16,887 nt of DNA. It comes from Fibrobacteria bacterium. GTDB lineage: Bacteria > Fibrobacterota > Fibrobacteria > UBA11236. The translations under genes and the position numbers were made by a program. Under the pieces are notes generated by a model. That model saw only the letters and a list, made by a program, of their open reading frames with translations. It was not told where the DNA came from and did not search any database. The DNA lies in the NCBI GenBank assembly GCA_050486505.1, contig JBJHDK010000052.1, forward strand, positions 1 through 16,887, given 5' to 3'. Positions 15,753-16,887 of this stretch are shown here, in pieces (position 1 is the stretch's first letter; the number at the start of each line of letters is the position of its first letter).

Positions 15753-16628
15753 ATGCCCACCCCCGACACAACCCTCCTCCCCATCCTTACCAAGGCTGCC
15801 GACTATCTCAAGTCGAAGGGCATTCCCAACGCGCGGCTCGACGCCGAGCTCTTGCTCGCGCGCGCGCTTGGATTGCGACGCCTCGACCTCTATCTGCAGT
15901 TCGACCGGCCACTGACCGAGGGTGAACTGGCCTCCTTCAGGACATTGCTGCGTCGCCGCGGAGTGCGCGAACCGTTGCAGCACATCGAGGGAGAGTGTTC
16001 CTTTCGCGAGCTCCGGCTCAAGTGCGACCGACGCGCGCTCATTCCGCGCCCCGAAACGGAACTTCTCGTCGACGCTGTCAAAAAACATCTTCCGGACGTT
16101 CCCGCGCCACGCGTGCTTGACGTTGGCACGGGGACGGGAGCAATCATCCTGTCGATCGCGCGCGAGCTCCCGCACTGCGAGACATGGGCGTGCGACATTT
16201 CAACCGATTGTCTCGCGCTCGCCCGCGAGAACGCCGCACTGAACGGACTCGGCGAAACACGCGAACCACGCTTTTACGAAAGTGATTTGTTTTCCGGTTT
16301 CCCCTTGAATGTCCGGTGGAACTTGATCGTGTCGAATCCGCCATACATCGGAGCCACCGAGATCCCGGCGCTGGAACCCGAGGTGCGCGACCATGATCCC
16401 CTCAACGCCTTGATCGGCGGCCAAGAAGGCTGGGAGCTGCCGCTCTCGCTCCTTGCGGCCGCCCACGAACGCCTCGAACCCGGCGGCCGCCTCCTGATGG
16501 AGATCTCTCCCCCGCAATTCCCCCTGCTGCGCGACAAAGGCCTGGCTGCCGGATGGACCTCCATCCTTGGCCTCCCTGACTATCAACAACAGAACCGTTT
16601 TTTGTTGGCCTCAAAATCAGCCAATTAA
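15753..16628 (+). CDS. prmC: Release factor glutamine N5-methyltransferase PrmC/HemK
   Basis: 291 aa with ARLDAELLLA, REPLQHI, ALIPRPETELLV, SAM motif VLDVGTGTGAI and catalytic SNPPY. Confidence 0.97.
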   Translation: MPTPDTTLLPILTKAADYLKSKGIPNARLDAELLLARALGLRRLDLYLQFDRPLTEGELASFRTLLRRRGVREPLQHIEGECSFRELRLKCDRRALIPRPETELLVDAVKKHLPDVPAPRVLDVGTGTGAIILSIARELPHCETWACDISTDCLALARENAALNGLGETREPRFYESDLFSGFPLNVRWNLIVSNPPYIGATEIPALEPEVRDHDPLNALIGGQEGWELPLSLLAAAHERLEPGGRLLMEISPPQFPLLRDKGLAAGWTSILGLPDYQQQNRFLLASKSAN

Positions 16629-16740
16629 GTTGCGCGCCCAGCCTATAAACAGGTTGCCAACACCTGTTGACACGGTACCCCCAGTCCTTCCAAAACGGAA
16701 CTGGTTCGAAAAAATCCGCAATTTCTTGTGCGACAAGCCC

Positions 16741-16772
16741 TTGCAAGCGGGCATCCCATTGAATAACTTTGC
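16741..16772 (+). promoter_or_regulatory. Sigma70-type promoter for a transcript leaving the window
   Basis: TTGCAA (16741-16746), 17-bp spacer, TAACTT (16764-16769) extended as TAACTTTGC. Confidence 0.65.
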
Positions 16773-16887
16773 TCTCCCGCTCATGAATTCCCGCAAGGGT
16801 TCGTGGCGGCGGCCTCCCTCAGCGGAGTCCGGCCCCTTGACATTAGGAGAGAGCAAGGAGAAGGCGGATCGCCTTTGACGGACATTC

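Noticed and set aside
16567..16878. 103-aa + strand ORF overlapping the prmC end
   Set aside because: Overlaps prmC out of frame, has atypical composition and spans a promoter. No support for coding.

Overview
High-GC bacterial DNA; the lipoprotein style and promoter motifs hint at the FCB superphylum, possibly Fibrobacterota, but this is unverified. Positions 1-13 kb form one minus-strand phosphate-acquisition cluster in three apparent transcription units. Unit 1 is a tightly coupled 7-gene operon: DUF3450/TtpB-like protein, TtpC-like ExbB, ExbD, TonB, TPR lipoprotein, TonB-dependent receptor and an unknown lipoprotein. Unit 2 is a 452-aa beta-helix-like surface lipoprotein. Unit 3 is an OprO/P-type porin, pstS and pstC (cut by the window edge). 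Each unit is preceded by an 11-bp-periodic repeat array (about TGTTTCA-N4 on +), which looks like a non-canonical Pho box and suggests a TonB-energised phosphorus-scavenging system wired into the Pho regulon. The rest of the window holds an MscS-family gene divergent from prfA-prmC, several 7/8-mer inverted-repeat or REP-like elements (two inside 5' coding regions), and a strong promoter with a structured leader running off the right edge.
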